Assembly (NCBI RefSeq): GCF_009914755.1
Contig: NC_060945.1
DNA length: 64,000 bases
Origin: the human T2T-CHM13v2.0 reference genome, Homo sapiens
Reading direction: 5' to 3' (one strand)
Shown: piece by piece, positions 63,151 to 64,000 of the stretch
Layout of the letters: each line of letters opens with the position of its first letter
Position numbering within the stretch: position 1 is the first letter of the stretch
The notes under the pieces: generated by a model
Databases searched by the model: none
What the model was told of the DNA's origin: nothing
The model's input: the letters and a program-made list of their open reading frames with translations, nothing else
Position numbers and translations under genes: made by a program

Positions 63151-64000
63151 AGATATATAATATATTTGTAAAGCAAACATGAAATAACCATGGCAGGGAT
63201 GACCAATTAGCAAATTTATTGCTTAAAATTCTATATAAAATGCATATTATTATCTTCAGACAATTGTTTGAGTAAACTATTGTCTTAATTTCAATATTAT
63301 CAATGTCATTAAAAGTAATAGTTGTTTTATTTACCAAGTACAATTCCACACGGACTAGATTCAGTCATTTTTGTTTAAGTTTTTGTTTTTATTTTTATGC
63401 ATAAAACCATGATATAACTAAAATCAATTTCTAAAAAAATTGATTTTATTTTTGTAGACTGGATTTTCTTTATTAATTACAATGTACAATTGGGCTTTGT
63501 CTCTGATCGGGTTTTAGTACCTATAAGTTAAGGTACTTATAGTGAAAAGTCACTTACAGTGAAAACTTACAGTGAAAAGTCAAGATTTATAAATATAAAA
63601 TAATATCTCTTGGGATCTAATTTCAAGTGGCTAAAAGCCTTAATAAATTAGCTTTGTAAATATAAGCATTAATGGAAATATGATTTGTTAAATTGCTAAT
63701 TCTTCTCTTAATATTTTTCTGGTTGTCTAAACACAGAAATCTCTGTATATAAAAGCCATGTAGAAATAAATCAATATATATATTTCTTAACTGTGGATTG
63801 ACCCTCCCTCCCTGAATGATTTCTTTAAATGATAAATTAAAACTGATCAAGTGAGAAAATATATGTGAAATCATTTGAAAGTTAAAAAGCTATAAAAATG
63901 TAAGATACTCTTATTTAACTGCACTCAATGAAACCATCTGAAGACTAGCATTCTACCATCTAGTTTTTTCTTTTGATAGTTCCAAACTGGTAATTGGTTT

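Overview
AT-rich primate, most likely human, genomic DNA with no protein-coding exon, RNA gene or CRISPR array that I can support. It looks like intergenic or deep-intronic sequence, and I cannot assign the locus without a search. A large share of the window is transposon-derived. It holds a near-full-length but decayed L1PA6-like LINE-1 (13188-19312) with a 13-bp TSD and an ORF0 homologue, truncated just past the YY1 site. It also holds several older L1 and L2 fragments, about 12 Alu/FLAM/FRAM copies, many MaLR solo LTRs, MER52- and MER39-like ERV1 LTRs, an LTR33/ERVL gag remnant and hAT MITEs (MER20, MER102). Subfamily names come from my recall of consensus sequences and need RepeatMasker/Dfam confirmation. 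The most unusual signal is a set of locally templated copies in unique DNA: a chain of four fold-back palindromes (7015-7092), a ~105-bp copy 1.4 kb from its partner with a new 12-bp hairpin (22216/23620), a ~120-bp copy 2 kb from its partner (54995/57002), and a ~440-bp inverted repeat with perfectly matched outer blocks (57553-57987). These resemble template-switch or Pol-theta repair scars. I see no convincing new multi-gene biological system.
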